58,139 nt of DNA, from assembly GCA_017467015.1 (NCBI GenBank), contig JAFTTA010000204.1:1-58139 (forward strand), in the 5' to 3' direction. Below the pieces are notes generated by a model, which saw only the letters and a list, made by a program, of their open reading frames with translations, ran no database searches and was not told where the DNA came from. The stretch is from Bacteroidaceae bacterium. GTDB taxonomy: Bacteria; Bacteroidota; Bacteroidia; Bacteroidales; Bacteroidaceae. Below, piece after piece: positions 35,073-44,572 of the stretch (position 1 is the stretch's first letter; each line of letters opens with the position of its first letter). The translations under genes and the position numbers were made by a program.

Positions 35073-36110
35073 ATGAAAATTGTTATCGACGAAAAGATAC
35101 CTTATTTGCGCGATGCGCTTGAGGCTATGGGGCACCAAGTGGTGGCAAAAGCTGGAACGGATATAGTGGCGAACGATGTAAGGGAAGCCGGTGCGCTTTT
35201 TGTGCGCACACGCACCTGTTGCAATGCTTCGCTCCTCGATGGCAGCAGTGTGCGTTTCATTGCCACTGCTACCATTGGCTACGATCATATCGACGATGCT
35301 TATTGTCGCAGTAATGGCATCTTTTGGTGCAGTGCTCCTGCTTGCAATGCAGGCGGTGTGGTGCAATATGTGCAATCGGTTATATATAGTCGTTACTCAG
35401 TCAAAGCGTTATGTGGAATGACGCTCGGCGTGGTGGGGGCAGGTGCCATAGGCTCGCGTGTAGCTGCTTGGGCTAAGCAGGCAGGTATGCGGGTGTTGCT
35501 CAACGATCCTCCCCTTGAGGCTGCCGGCAGGGGCGGTTTTGTTTCGCTTGAAACTATTGTTCGTGAGTGCGATGTAATAACTTTTCATCCTACATTGACG
35601 CGCAACGGAGCGTATCCCTCATATCATCTTGCCGACGAAAATTTCTTTGCATCCTTAGTGCGTAAACCTTTAGTGATAAACGCATCGCGCGGTGCTGTGG
35701 TGGACAATATCGCTTTGTTGCATGCATATAAGGAAGGCTATATATCTGATTTTGTCCTCGATGTGTGGGAGGGTGAACCCGAAATAAATAAGGAACTTCT
35801 TGCTGCCGCATATGTTGCCACTCCTCACATCGCCGGGTATTCGGCAGAAGGAAAATTCAATGCCACGCACATTGTTTTACAGCGTTTCGCTGAATACACA
35901 GGCTTCTCAGATGAGCTTCCTTTGCCTCCTTTGCCTGCTCCTGAAAACCCCATTGTGAATGCTGTTGATTATGCCGATGCCGCTTTGAAAATATACAATC
36001 CACTTGCCGAAACATCTGTTTTGAAAGGCTCTCCGCATCTTTTCGAGGAGTTGCGCAACAATTATAAATTTCGTCGCGAACCTGCTGCATACAGCATAGT
36101 TTTGTCATGA
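35073..36110 (+). CDS. pdxB: 4-phosphoerythronate dehydrogenase
   Basis: MKIVIDEKIPYL N-terminus, NAD-binding GVVGAGAIGSRV, catalytic-region INASRGAVVD and TPHIAGYS, plus a PdxB-type C-terminal dimerisation extension. The ORF-track start at 35049 is TTG. Confidence 0.85.
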   Translation: MKIVIDEKIPYLRDALEAMGHQVVAKAGTDIVANDVREAGALFVRTRTCCNASLLDGSSVRFIATATIGYDHIDDAYCRSNGIFWCSAPACNAGGVVQYVQSVIYSRYSVKALCGMTLGVVGAGAIGSRVAAWAKQAGMRVLLNDPPLEAAGRGGFVSLETIVRECDVITFHPTLTRNGAYPSYHLADENFFASLVRKPLVINASRGAVVDNIALLHAYKEGYISDFVLDVWEGEPEINKELLAAAYVATPHIAGYSAEGKFNATHIVLQRFAEYTGFSDELPLPPLPAPENPIVNAVDYADAALKIYNPLAETSVLKGSPHLFEELRNNYKFRREPAAYSIVLS

Positions 36111-36206
36111 TTTATCAATGCTAATGGTTATTTATGATTAGTAAAATGGCTTTTTAATGGTAATTAATAATTAAAAAGTGTGATTGTGGGGTCTTTTTAA
36201 AAATCT

Positions 36207-36214
36207 TAACTTTG
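36207..36214 (+). promoter_or_regulatory. -7 box for the TonB-dependent receptor
   Basis: TAACTTTG lies 25 nt upstream of the ATG at 36239. Confidence 0.55.
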
Positions 36215-36238
36215 CAGCAGATTTCCAAATAAAAGACA

Positions 36239-38572
36239 ATGATGAAAAAACTTATTATTTCACTTATCATAGCGATGATAAGTGCTACGACTTTATGTGC
36301 AGCAGAGGTGCATGTGCCCACCGAAGAACAGGCGATGCCCAATGTTAAAAAAGGAGGAATAATCTCCGGACATGTTATAGAGAAAGGAAGTGAGGAGGAT
36401 ATCCCTTATGCCAACATTTATGTTTCCGAGATAAAAAATGGAACAGCCACAAATGAGACGGGTCATTTTGAACTCAAGAATCTTGCTCCCGGAAAGTATA
36501 CATTGCGCGTTTCTGCGCTCGGATATCGCACTCAGACGAAAGAGGTGACAGTGAGCAAAGAGTATGCAACAGTTGTGCATTTCGAAATGATTGCCGAGGC
36601 TTTGGAAATGGAAGAAGTGGTTGTCTCTGCCAATCGCAACGAGGTGAACAGACGCGAAGCTCCTGTGGTGGTAAATATTGCCGGTCCCAAACTCATAGAA
36701 ACAGTTAACTCCACCGATCTTGCCAAGACACTCAACTATCTGCCTGGTTTGCGTGTGGAGAATAACTGTCAGAATTGTGGTTTCCCTCAGGTGCGAATAA
36801 ATGGTCTCGAAGGTCCCTATTCACAAATCCTTATAAACAGTCGTCCGGTGGTCAGCGCTCTCAGCGGTGTATATGGCTTGGAGCAGATTCCTGTGAATAT
36901 GATTGAACGTGTAGAGGTAGTGCGTGGTGGCGGTTCGGCTCTGTTTGGCGCAAATGCCGTGGGTGGTACCATCAACATCATCACTAAAGATCCCATTAAC
37001 AATTCGTTCAAGATTTCGTCTAATTTTGCAAATATGAACGGCGATGCATGGGAGCAGTATATGGGTGCAAATGCTTCGCTTGTGTCGAAAGATAATTCAT
37101 ACGGCATTGCTGTCTATGAGAGCTATCGCAACCGTAATGCTTACGACCACGACGGCGACGGCTTCTCGGAACTTGGTAAGCTGAATATGAATACCTTCGG
37201 TTTGCGCACATACTACCGCCCCAACCACTCGAGTCGCATCAATCTCGAATATCACACCACGAACGAGACACGTCGTGGTGGTAACAAATTCGACCTGCAA
37301 CCCCATGAGTCGGACATTACCGAACAGACTAAACATATAATAAACAGCGGAGGTGTATCTTATGACAAGTTCTGGAACGAATATAAGCATAAACTTTCTG
37401 TTTATGGTTATGTTCAGCACATCGACCGCAACAGCTACTATGGTGCTCAGCGCGACCCTAATGCCTATGGAAAGACCGACGACCTTACATGGGTGACAGG
37501 TGCTACATACACCGGCAATATGGATAAGTGCTTCTTCTCGCCTGCCACATTCACCGGTGGATTGGAATATCAAGAGAATAAACTGCACGACATTATGACA
37601 GGCTACAACCGCGACATGCAGCAGAATGTGCGCATTGCCAGCATGTTTGTGCAGAATGAGTGGAATATGAATCTTTTCTCGCTGCTTGTGGGTGCCCGTA
37701 TGGACAAGCACAATCTTATTGACGACCCTATCCTTAGTCCGCGTGTAAACCTCTTGTTCAAGCCTAATGACAATCTACAAGCTCGACTCACATATTCAAC
37801 AGGCTTCCGTGCTCCTCAGGCATACGATGAGGATCTTCATGTGACAGCTGTTGGTGGCGAGGGCGTGCAGATTACGCTTGCCGACAATCTCAAAGAGGAG
37901 CGTTCAAACAGTTTCAGCGGCTCTATAGATTGGACAACGCAGCTGGGACATTGGCAATCGAACATCCTTCTCGAAGGCTTCTACACCGGACTCGACGACG
38001 TATTTGTGCTCGAAGATATTGGTGAAAATGCTGAAGGCTTCGTGTTAAAGGAACGTCGCAATGGTAGCGGTGCAAAGGTCTATGGATTGAATTTGGAGGC
38101 AAAATTTGCTCATGGCAAAGATGTTGTATTGCAGATGGGTGCAACTGCCCAGCGCAGTCGCTACAACCGTCCCGAGGTGTGGACCGAGGTTGATGGAGTG
38201 GAACTTACCACGCGACGCATGCCCCGTACTCCCGATTTCTATGCCTATATGACGCTCACTACATCGCCTTTCAAGAATTTCGAGGCGTCGCTGTCAGGAA
38301 CATACACCGGCGAGATGATTGTTCCCCACTATGCGGGGTATATTGAAAAGGATTGCATGGAGAATACTCCAGATTTCTTCGATATCAACCTGAAACTGAA
38401 CTACACATTTGTTCTTCGCGACCACATAAAATTGCAGTTGAACACAGGTGTTCAGAACATCTTCGATAGTTTCCAGAAAGACCTCGACAAAGGCGAGTTT
38501 CGCGACTCGGGGTATTTCTATGGTCCCACACAGCCGCGAACATTCTTCATAGGGCTTAATATTATGAATTGA
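36239..38572 (+). CDS. TonB-dependent receptor with N-terminal CarboxypepD_reg-like domain
   Basis: 777 aa with a signal peptide. GIISGHVIEK..ANIYV..TNETGHFELKNLAPGKYTLRVSALGY. Plug motifs (IERVEVVRGGGSALFGANAVGGTINIITK). Long beta-barrel ending ..PRTFFIGLNIMN. Confidence 0.9.
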   Translation: MMKKLIISLIIAMISATTLCAAEVHVPTEEQAMPNVKKGGIISGHVIEKGSEEDIPYANIYVSEIKNGTATNETGHFELKNLAPGKYTLRVSALGYRTQTKEVTVSKEYATVVHFEMIAEALEMEEVVVSANRNEVNRREAPVVVNIAGPKLIETVNSTDLAKTLNYLPGLRVENNCQNCGFPQVRINGLEGPYSQILINSRPVVSALSGVYGLEQIPVNMIERVEVVRGGGSALFGANAVGGTINIITKDPINNSFKISSNFANMNGDAWEQYMGANASLVSKDNSYGIAVYESYRNRNAYDHDGDGFSELGKLNMNTFGLRTYYRPNHSSRINLEYHTTNETRRGGNKFDLQPHESDITEQTKHIINSGGVSYDKFWNEYKHKLSVYGYVQHIDRNSYYGAQRDPNAYGKTDDLTWVTGATYTGNMDKCFFSPATFTGGLEYQENKLHDIMTGYNRDMQQNVRIASMFVQNEWNMNLFSLLVGARMDKHNLIDDPILSPRVNLLFKPNDNLQARLTYSTGFRAPQAYDEDLHVTAVGGEGVQITLADNLKEERSNSFSGSIDWTTQLGHWQSNILLEGFYTGLDDVFVLEDIGENAEGFVLKERRNGSGAKVYGLNLEAKFAHGKDVVLQMGATAQRSRYNRPEVWTEVDGVELTTRRMPRTPDFYAYMTLTTSPFKNFEASLSGTYTGEMIVPHYAGYIEKDCMENTPDFFDINLKLNYTFVLRDHIKLQLNTGVQNIFDSFQKDLDKGEFRDSGYFYGPTQPRTFFIGLNIMN

Positions 38573-38603
38573 TAAGTGGGATATGTGAAATATCAACAGT
38601 AAT

Positions 38604-38650
38604 ACAAATCACCTCCACCGCATTTTTATTCTGTGGTGGAGGTGATTTGT
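38604..38650. terminator. Strong hairpin between convergent genes; 3' boundary of the seven-gene operon
   Basis: 16-bp perfect stem acaaatcacctccacc / ggtggaggtgatttgt with a 15-nt T-rich loop. Confidence 0.7.
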
Positions 38651-38719
38651 ATCTCCTTGCATCCATTTTTTTGTCCAGGTAACCAAAAATATAGACGTCG
38701 GATTGGATTATCAGTGTTG

Positions 38720-39139
38720 TCACTTGGATATAACTCCTTTAACGAAAATGCGAGTATAGGAGCGTGGGTCGTTGCTGTATACCGTAATGGATTTTCTGTA
38801 TCGTCCTATGGGGCGCTGTTTGGCATTGAATTCAATGTCAATGTATCCTTTCTCTCCGGGCGGAACAGCCTTTTTGCTGTATTTGGGTGTGGTGCATCCG
38901 CAACCGGTGGCAATGTGCAATATGTACAAATCTTTCTCTCCCTTATTCGTAAAAGAAAAACGATGGGTGCGCCGTGTCTCGCCCGACAAGGATATTGTAT
39001 CATATTCGTGTTCGACCTTTTCGAACACTATTTTTGCTTGCTTTATATTTTGCTGCTTTGCATCGTTGCTTCCATCATTTGCAAAAACATTATACGAAAG
39101 CAGGATGAACATTAAAGCCGATAACACTCCTTTTATCAT
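38720..39139 (-). CDS. DUF1573 domain protein (secreted); operon gene 7
   Basis: 139 aa with a signal peptide. FEKVEHEYDTI..HRFSFTNKGEKDLYI..TGCGCTTPKYSKKAVPPGEKGYIDIEF is the DUF1573 core, including the CGCT motif. Its ATG lies 2 nt after the upstream stop codon. Confidence 0.8.
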   Translation of the reverse strand: MIKGVLSALMFILLSYNVFANDGSNDAKQQNIKQAKIVFEKVEHEYDTISLSGETRRTHRFSFTNKGEKDLYILHIATGCGCTTPKYSKKAVPPGEKGYIDIEFNAKQRPIGRYRKSITVYSNDPRSYTRIFVKGVISK

Positions 39140-39141
39140 TG

Positions 39142-41523
39142 CTATAAATTAACGTCTACTACAGTGCCGCTCTCTCCACTGCTTTTGTGCTTGTCGGGTG
39201 GCAACGACAGCATTATTGTTTTTCTTTGCTCATTATCTGCTGTCTCCATGAAAGGACGTATGCTCACATCCAATATGTCTCCATCATTGACATCTACATC
39301 GGAGACGAACTTGAAGTTTAGCGTGTATCGTTTCGCTTTGTAGCGGTTTATAAACATCCATTCATTGCATAGTTCTTGCATCCCGTTACGCATGATATTA
39401 ACGACAATGCCCCATCCATCCTTTATGTGTGAAGCATACGATAAATCCACCACCACCGCAAAACCATACTCATATAACTTATGTGAAGCAGTGTCGCTTA
39501 TATATGCATTTAAATCGTCATCGGTAAAGTCGAAAGAGTTTGGTTTATATTCTTTACCAACATTCTGGTAGAATTCGACAATTTCCACTCGTGGCTCAGG
39601 CTTGCCATATTTGTGCTTGTAATCGGTGTAAAGGAAACGTGCTTTTGTCTCTGTGTTATACAAAAGAGGAATAGATATATATTCTACATCCACACTATCC
39701 TTGGGGATGTCTTGTTCGAATCTATATTCGACATTTGTTCTGGCAAACTCGTTTGCACCGATATAGAGGTCGGCGAAATGATTCTTACTATTAACCTCGT
39801 TCTTATACACTGCTAACAACGGTTGATACTTGTCCGGGTCAGGAGATACACCTAAATCCGATATTGAATATGCATATATAAGTTTTGTATAGTCCGGGTA
39901 GTCTATCTTTGTAGCGGGCATGGATGCTAATGACAATTTCGGCGCTACGGGATGTTTCTTCTCGTAAAAAGGTATTGAACCCAGTTCGGTACTTGCATCC
40001 CAGACATCCAATCCTAAAGGACTGAAGAATATCTCCAGATTTGCCGTTAAATCGCAGTAAGGCGATATTTCGCCTTCATATATTTTCCCATCCTCATCGT
40101 CTTCCTCTTCTTCATTCTCTTCCTTGTTTTCAAGGAATTTAAACTGTGCCTCACCCTTTACACCGGCAGAAAGGGTGGCGCTAATTGCAGAACCGATTGA
40201 TTCAAAAAATATCACAGATGCCTTTGCCTCTGCTTTAAATCCAATATCGAAACCTCCAGAAAGCAGAAACGTAAAGTCTGTATCCTTGTTAGGTTCTTTC
40301 TTGTTGTTTATGGGGTAGACAACATCATCTTTGATTTCGTAACCGGTAATGCTTTTTGTTGTGGTTGTCCAACATGCCGACACGGTTCCTTGTACCGATA
40401 CATTGAAAGCAATATTTATCTCGAATTGCCAACTGATGGGTACAGGTCCCGGCATTCTTATCTTTATCTTTGATGAAACAGCCTCTATTGCCTCTGATGT
40501 CATACCCTTAAGTTTAGCAGATGCCGATGTCAGTTTTTTTGCAAATTTCGAGTCTGCAAGTTTCTTCATTCGATTGCTGTTCATCGCTTTAGCAATCTTC
40601 TCATTGTTAAGGGCGGCAGTGTCCTTTTCCCAACCCACTTCCAATCCGGCATCTATGGCAAAAACCTGCTCATTAATCTCTTCGGTGGCATTATATTCAT
40701 AGTCTGTACGTGTGTCGAGGCGGCTTAATATCCTTATCCTGTTTTTGTTTTCTATTCGTACAGCGATAAATGGGGACATGTCGATGTTTTTGTCATTACA
40801 GAATTTTACCATTTTCTGTAGGTAGGCTTTCATCCTTCTCTTTATGAAATCTTTTTCTGCGATGCCACCCATGTGTACTCTGCTATCGAAACTAAAGCCA
40901 TATTCGCTCACAGAATCCTTTTCGCTGGTTACAATGGTATCGGTCTTTGCCCGTGTAAGAAAACTGCTATACTCCGATGTGCCGAAGAGCGACCAATCGT
41001 CAATGGCTTCACATTCACCTATGCTCTCCAGACTGTCGCGATAGCTTTGTGAAGGATAGAACTCACCATATTGTGGCGCAACGGATGCATCGATGTCGTA
41101 TGTCAACATCTCGTAAACGTCCTTTATATCTACTCTGGTGGTCACCACTTTGTAGAGTCCGTTGATGTTTGTCACCGACAACACCTTATTGTTTAGTCCT
41201 TCGGGGATTTTCGGGTGACAACCGCATGCAAGATATTCACCTCTTTCGGGCAGCATATCCGAAGGAATGTTGTCGAAGAAGTATATTATGGTGTCTGCCT
41301 CCACCGATGCTATGTAATCTTTCATGTTAGTGGTGACAGGTCGCACACCTTCGTTATATTTGTAGGTGGTGGTGATTACTCCGGGAATGACCTCGGTGTA
41401 TGGTTCGTCTATACCTCTCTGCTCCTCGGGTACATAATTCTCCATCTCATCCAGAACGAGTGTACAACCGCCGATTAAACAGGTGGAAAGGAATAGTATG
41501 ATGATGTAATATAATTTTCTCAT
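39142..41523 (-). CDS. 793-aa lipoprotein of unknown family; operon gene 6
   Basis: Lipobox LIGGC at aa 16-20. Beta-rich, with an acidic insert ENKEENEEEEDDEDGK. I recognise no motif. Confidence 0.8.
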   Translation of the reverse strand: MRKLYYIIILFLSTCLIGGCTLVLDEMENYVPEEQRGIDEPYTEVIPGVITTTYKYNEGVRPVTTNMKDYIASVEADTIIYFFDNIPSDMLPERGEYLACGCHPKIPEGLNNKVLSVTNINGLYKVVTTRVDIKDVYEMLTYDIDASVAPQYGEFYPSQSYRDSLESIGECEAIDDWSLFGTSEYSSFLTRAKTDTIVTSEKDSVSEYGFSFDSRVHMGGIAEKDFIKRRMKAYLQKMVKFCNDKNIDMSPFIAVRIENKNRIRILSRLDTRTDYEYNATEEINEQVFAIDAGLEVGWEKDTAALNNEKIAKAMNSNRMKKLADSKFAKKLTSASAKLKGMTSEAIEAVSSKIKIRMPGPVPISWQFEINIAFNVSVQGTVSACWTTTTKSITGYEIKDDVVYPINNKKEPNKDTDFTFLLSGGFDIGFKAEAKASVIFFESIGSAISATLSAGVKGEAQFKFLENKEENEEEEDDEDGKIYEGEISPYCDLTANLEIFFSPLGLDVWDASTELGSIPFYEKKHPVAPKLSLASMPATKIDYPDYTKLIYAYSISDLGVSPDPDKYQPLLAVYKNEVNSKNHFADLYIGANEFARTNVEYRFEQDIPKDSVDVEYISIPLLYNTETKARFLYTDYKHKYGKPEPRVEIVEFYQNVGKEYKPNSFDFTDDDLNAYISDTASHKLYEYGFAVVVDLSYASHIKDGWGIVVNIMRNGMQELCNEWMFINRYKAKRYTLNFKFVSDVDVNDGDILDVSIRPFMETADNEQRKTIMLSLPPDKHKSSGESGTVVDVNL

Positions 41524-41544
41524 TCTTATAAGTTTTACGGGTTG

Positions 41545-42234
41545 TTATGGGATGGTCAACTCGAATAAATTGCTTAATGTGCCGTGGGTCTCTCCATCGA
41601 ACTCTATACGTTGTTTGAATTGTCTCAGTTTGAATTGTTCCCTGTCGTAATAGAGGAAACGAATGCGTTCGCGGCTATTGATGTCGCTTCCGTCGTAGTC
41701 GCTCTGAATTCTGAACTCCATGTATTTCACACCTTTCCATTCGCGCCAAACACCCAAACTGCGGAACTCATTTCCTCTGAATGCACCTATCAATATGTTT
41801 TCATCAGGAGTTTCTCCGTTTATTTTCACATCGGCATAGACAACTGTTTCATAGGGAGTGTCGCCGGGACTTGTCTCCCACTTCGGCATTACATACACAT
41901 AGCATGAGTCGGTAATACCTTTGAACATTGACGAGGCTATTATGTATGTTTCGCCTTGTGCCGACGCTACAATTGTTTCATCGTTTATATAGGCTATGCT
42001 GTCGTTGTTCGACCAAAAGAAGACCTCTTTAAATTTTATGGTGTCGGGGGTGAATATAGGCAACAGTTTGAATGTGTCGTCGAGCATTACATAAACCGAG
42101 TCGTGATTAAGACACATATCATACAGCTTCAAATCATCTTCATTTATATCAATGTCAATGATTCCGCACGACACGATGAGCTGCGACATTGCAACCGTGC
42201 ATGAGAATATTAATATATGTATGAGCCTCTTCAT
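41545..42234 (-). CDS. 229-aa lipoprotein: Big_2-like domain plus the shared 'GAFxGxExR' module; operon gene 5
   Basis: Lipobox IVSC. Big_2-like segment (VYVMLDDTFKLLPIFTPD..VFFWSNNDSIAYINDETIVASAQGETYIIASS). The C-terminal ~100 aa resemble modules in the 1097-aa and 2697-aa proteins. Confidence 0.8.
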   Translation of the reverse strand: MKRLIHILIFSCTVAMSQLIVSCGIIDIDINEDDLKLYDMCLNHDSVYVMLDDTFKLLPIFTPDTIKFKEVFFWSNNDSIAYINDETIVASAQGETYIIASSMFKGITDSCYVYVMPKWETSPGDTPYETVVYADVKINGETPDENILIGAFRGNEFRSLGVWREWKGVKYMEFRIQSDYDGSDINSRERIRFLYYDREQFKLRQFKQRIEFDGETHGTLSNLFELTIP

Positions 42235-42238
42235 GATA

Positions 42239-44557
42239 TCACTTTTTTGTTTTTTTATCCTCTTTTTCTATGGGTGCGGTCACTTTGACGATATTCGAGG
42301 GCTTGCTCTCGCGTCCATCGGCAAATTGTATGGTAATGTAATATTCTGCACTCTCTCCTGGTCGCAGAAGATAGTCGTTGAACATGCGTTCGTCGGGGGC
42401 TGCCGACATAAGGAAACCGAATGTGCGCTCTTTTGACCCTTTGCGGTATATACAGAAGTACCACTCTCCTTTGTATGGTAATTTGCCATCTGTCTCCCAT
42501 GCAATTTTTGTTTCGCGTTTACGCTTGTCGTATGCTCCTGTAAGTTTTATGGGCCAAGAGAAAACAATCTCTCCTTCGAACTTAACAGAGTATACCAGAC
42601 TGAGCCCGCTCGTTATTCCTGCATACGAATAGCTCTCGATGGCATATTCGTAGCGGTTGCTGCGGTTGTATTCGGGAACATCGAAAATATTCAGAATGTT
42701 TCTTTGCTTGCGCACGGAGTCGCCATCGAATGTGGCAATATTTTTCCATACGTTGCCTTTGCCTGCCATTCGACGCTTGAGTACGTGGTGCGAAATCTGT
42801 TCCTCGTTGCTGCAAATCCATCGCATGCTTATGCCCTTTGTCTGGTCCACCCACACCGAGTCGATGTGCGCCTTTCCGGGTATTATCATGCTGGGACGCA
42901 ACACCTGTAATGGTGCGCTATATTCACCTATGTTGGTTGAGTAGTCAATAGCTCTCACCTTGTAATAGATATATTTCTGGTTTACATCCACAGCCAACGT
43001 GTCTGTAAATTCTGTCCCACGCAACAATCCTATTGTACGCTGTTTGTACTGTTCTGTGGAGTCGTTGGCAAATACCACTTCATAGTAGTCGACATCTACG
43101 CTGGGCTCGTCCCACGACAAACGTACTATACCTCTTGCATTATCCACCACTTCGCAGCGCAGGTTGGCAGGCGCGTCAGGTGCTTTTACATCAGTGATGC
43201 GTACCACCTGAGGCAGTGAATAGCTCACATTGCCCTCTGCGTCGTATGCGGCAACAACCATCTGGCTTGTTGCTATGCCTGTAACCTCTATGGTGCATTT
43301 GTTTTGTCCTGCAGGAATAAGTTCTTTGGTCAACTCACGCCATTTTACGCTGTCCTTAGGTGCGTAATAGAGGATTTTGCAGCCTGTAAAGTCGCTCTCT
43401 ATGGTGTCTTTTTCGAAATAGAATGTTGCAAAAACATCGAGCGACAAGTCGTCGGGGTTGCGACGGTCGATGACTACTTTCACAAGGTTCGCAGGACGGG
43501 GAGCATCAATGTCGGGCACCTTTACGGTGTGTATGTGCGAAGGTTGTGTGAGGTCACCGAAGGGATCGTATGCCATTACCCTGTATTCATAGGTGCCCGG
43601 CGATGGCACAACGTCGCCAATGAAATTGTCGAGTGCTTCGTTTTCGACATTTTGCATCATCATGTATGGCTTTTTGTTTACACGTGTCCATTGTGTCTCG
43701 CCTTTTCTGCGTCGCTCTATTGCATAGGTGGAGTATTTCCTGTTGTTGCTCCACCACAGACGTACGCTGTTTATGCCGGTGAGTGTGTCGCCAATCTCGG
43801 GGTCGAATTTCTCGGGGACATATTTTTTATTCTCCACCGAAGGTATGTGCCCGGCGCGGAAACTGTAAACACCGGTTGTGTCTATCACTGTGGGTCTTAC
43901 GATATACTCATATTTCTCGCCGTTTTTCACTCTATAATCGACAAAGCGCATCGCCAGGTTGTCGGCAACGTCGCGTCGCCACTCAGAGGCAAGCACTGCC
44001 ATGGCAAAGCGCATCTGCTGGTCATCGTGCACATCCATCATTGCGCCCAATGATCCTTTCCCATATTTCGATTGTTCTTGTGTAAATCCTCCGGCACTGT
44101 AAAGAGCACCCATCGCCATCACGGCAACAGAGTCGGTGGTAAGATATTGTGAACGCCATTCGGTGAGGGTTGCCGGTTTCAAACCATATGCAAGCGTGTC
44201 GACCTTGAAAATATTGCCAACCTTGTAGCGCAAAACGTTTACGCCAACTCGGTTCAGGTAGCGCCATGCTGCATAGTCGTTGGGTGCCCAACGCAGCACA
44301 ATACTATCGCCGTAGGTGCGTACAAGCAAATTTATCTGCGAAGTTTCTGCTACGCGTTCTTTCTTACCGTTTTTAAGCTCTTTTATTTCGGTGCTGTCGC
44401 TTACTTCGCCTGCCAATATCTTCTTTCTGTTTATGGTGTCGGCTGCTATGTACTCTTTTCCTGTGACATTTCCTGTGAGTGGGAGTGTCTCGGATGCCGA
44501 TACGCCGAAAAACAGCATTGTGCCTGTTATATATCCTATAATGCGTTTCATCTTCAT
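42239..44557 (-). CDS. 772-aa secreted protein of about six FN3-like modules; operon gene 4
   Basis: Signal peptide. Recurrent FN3-like signatures (SIVLRWAP, SVRLWWSN..YEYRVMAYD, IVRLSWDEP..YYKVRAIDYS, ISMRWIC..YEYAIESYS, TKIAWET..YYITIQFADG). Inter-module PDIDAPRPA and DVKAPDAPA linkers. Lys-rich tail. Confidence 0.85.
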   Translation of the reverse strand: MKMKRIIGYITGTMLFFGVSASETLPLTGNVTGKEYIAADTINRKKILAGEVSDSTEIKELKNGKKERVAETSQINLLVRTYGDSIVLRWAPNDYAAWRYLNRVGVNVLRYKVGNIFKVDTLAYGLKPATLTEWRSQYLTTDSVAVMAMGALYSAGGFTQEQSKYGKGSLGAMMDVHDDQQMRFAMAVLASEWRRDVADNLAMRFVDYRVKNGEKYEYIVRPTVIDTTGVYSFRAGHIPSVENKKYVPEKFDPEIGDTLTGINSVRLWWSNNRKYSTYAIERRRKGETQWTRVNKKPYMMMQNVENEALDNFIGDVVPSPGTYEYRVMAYDPFGDLTQPSHIHTVKVPDIDAPRPANLVKVVIDRRNPDDLSLDVFATFYFEKDTIESDFTGCKILYYAPKDSVKWRELTKELIPAGQNKCTIEVTGIATSQMVVAAYDAEGNVSYSLPQVVRITDVKAPDAPANLRCEVVDNARGIVRLSWDEPSVDVDYYEVVFANDSTEQYKQRTIGLLRGTEFTDTLAVDVNQKYIYYKVRAIDYSTNIGEYSAPLQVLRPSMIIPGKAHIDSVWVDQTKGISMRWICSNEEQISHHVLKRRMAGKGNVWKNIATFDGDSVRKQRNILNIFDVPEYNRSNRYEYAIESYSYAGITSGLSLVYSVKFEGEIVFSWPIKLTGAYDKRKRETKIAWETDGKLPYKGEWYFCIYRKGSKERTFGFLMSAAPDERMFNDYLLRPGESAEYYITIQFADGRESKPSNIVKVTAPIEKEDKKTKK

Positions 44558-44572
44558 CTGTTGCTGACGTTT

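Noticed and set aside
43304-44053. 249-aa plus-strand ORF; similar ORFs at 47181-47786 (201 aa), 37097-37711 (minus, 204 aa) and 38633-39152 (plus)
   Set aside because: All lie antisense within long, well-supported CDSs (FN3 protein, giant protein, TonB receptor, DUF1573). They are typical long shadow frames in mid-GC DNA.
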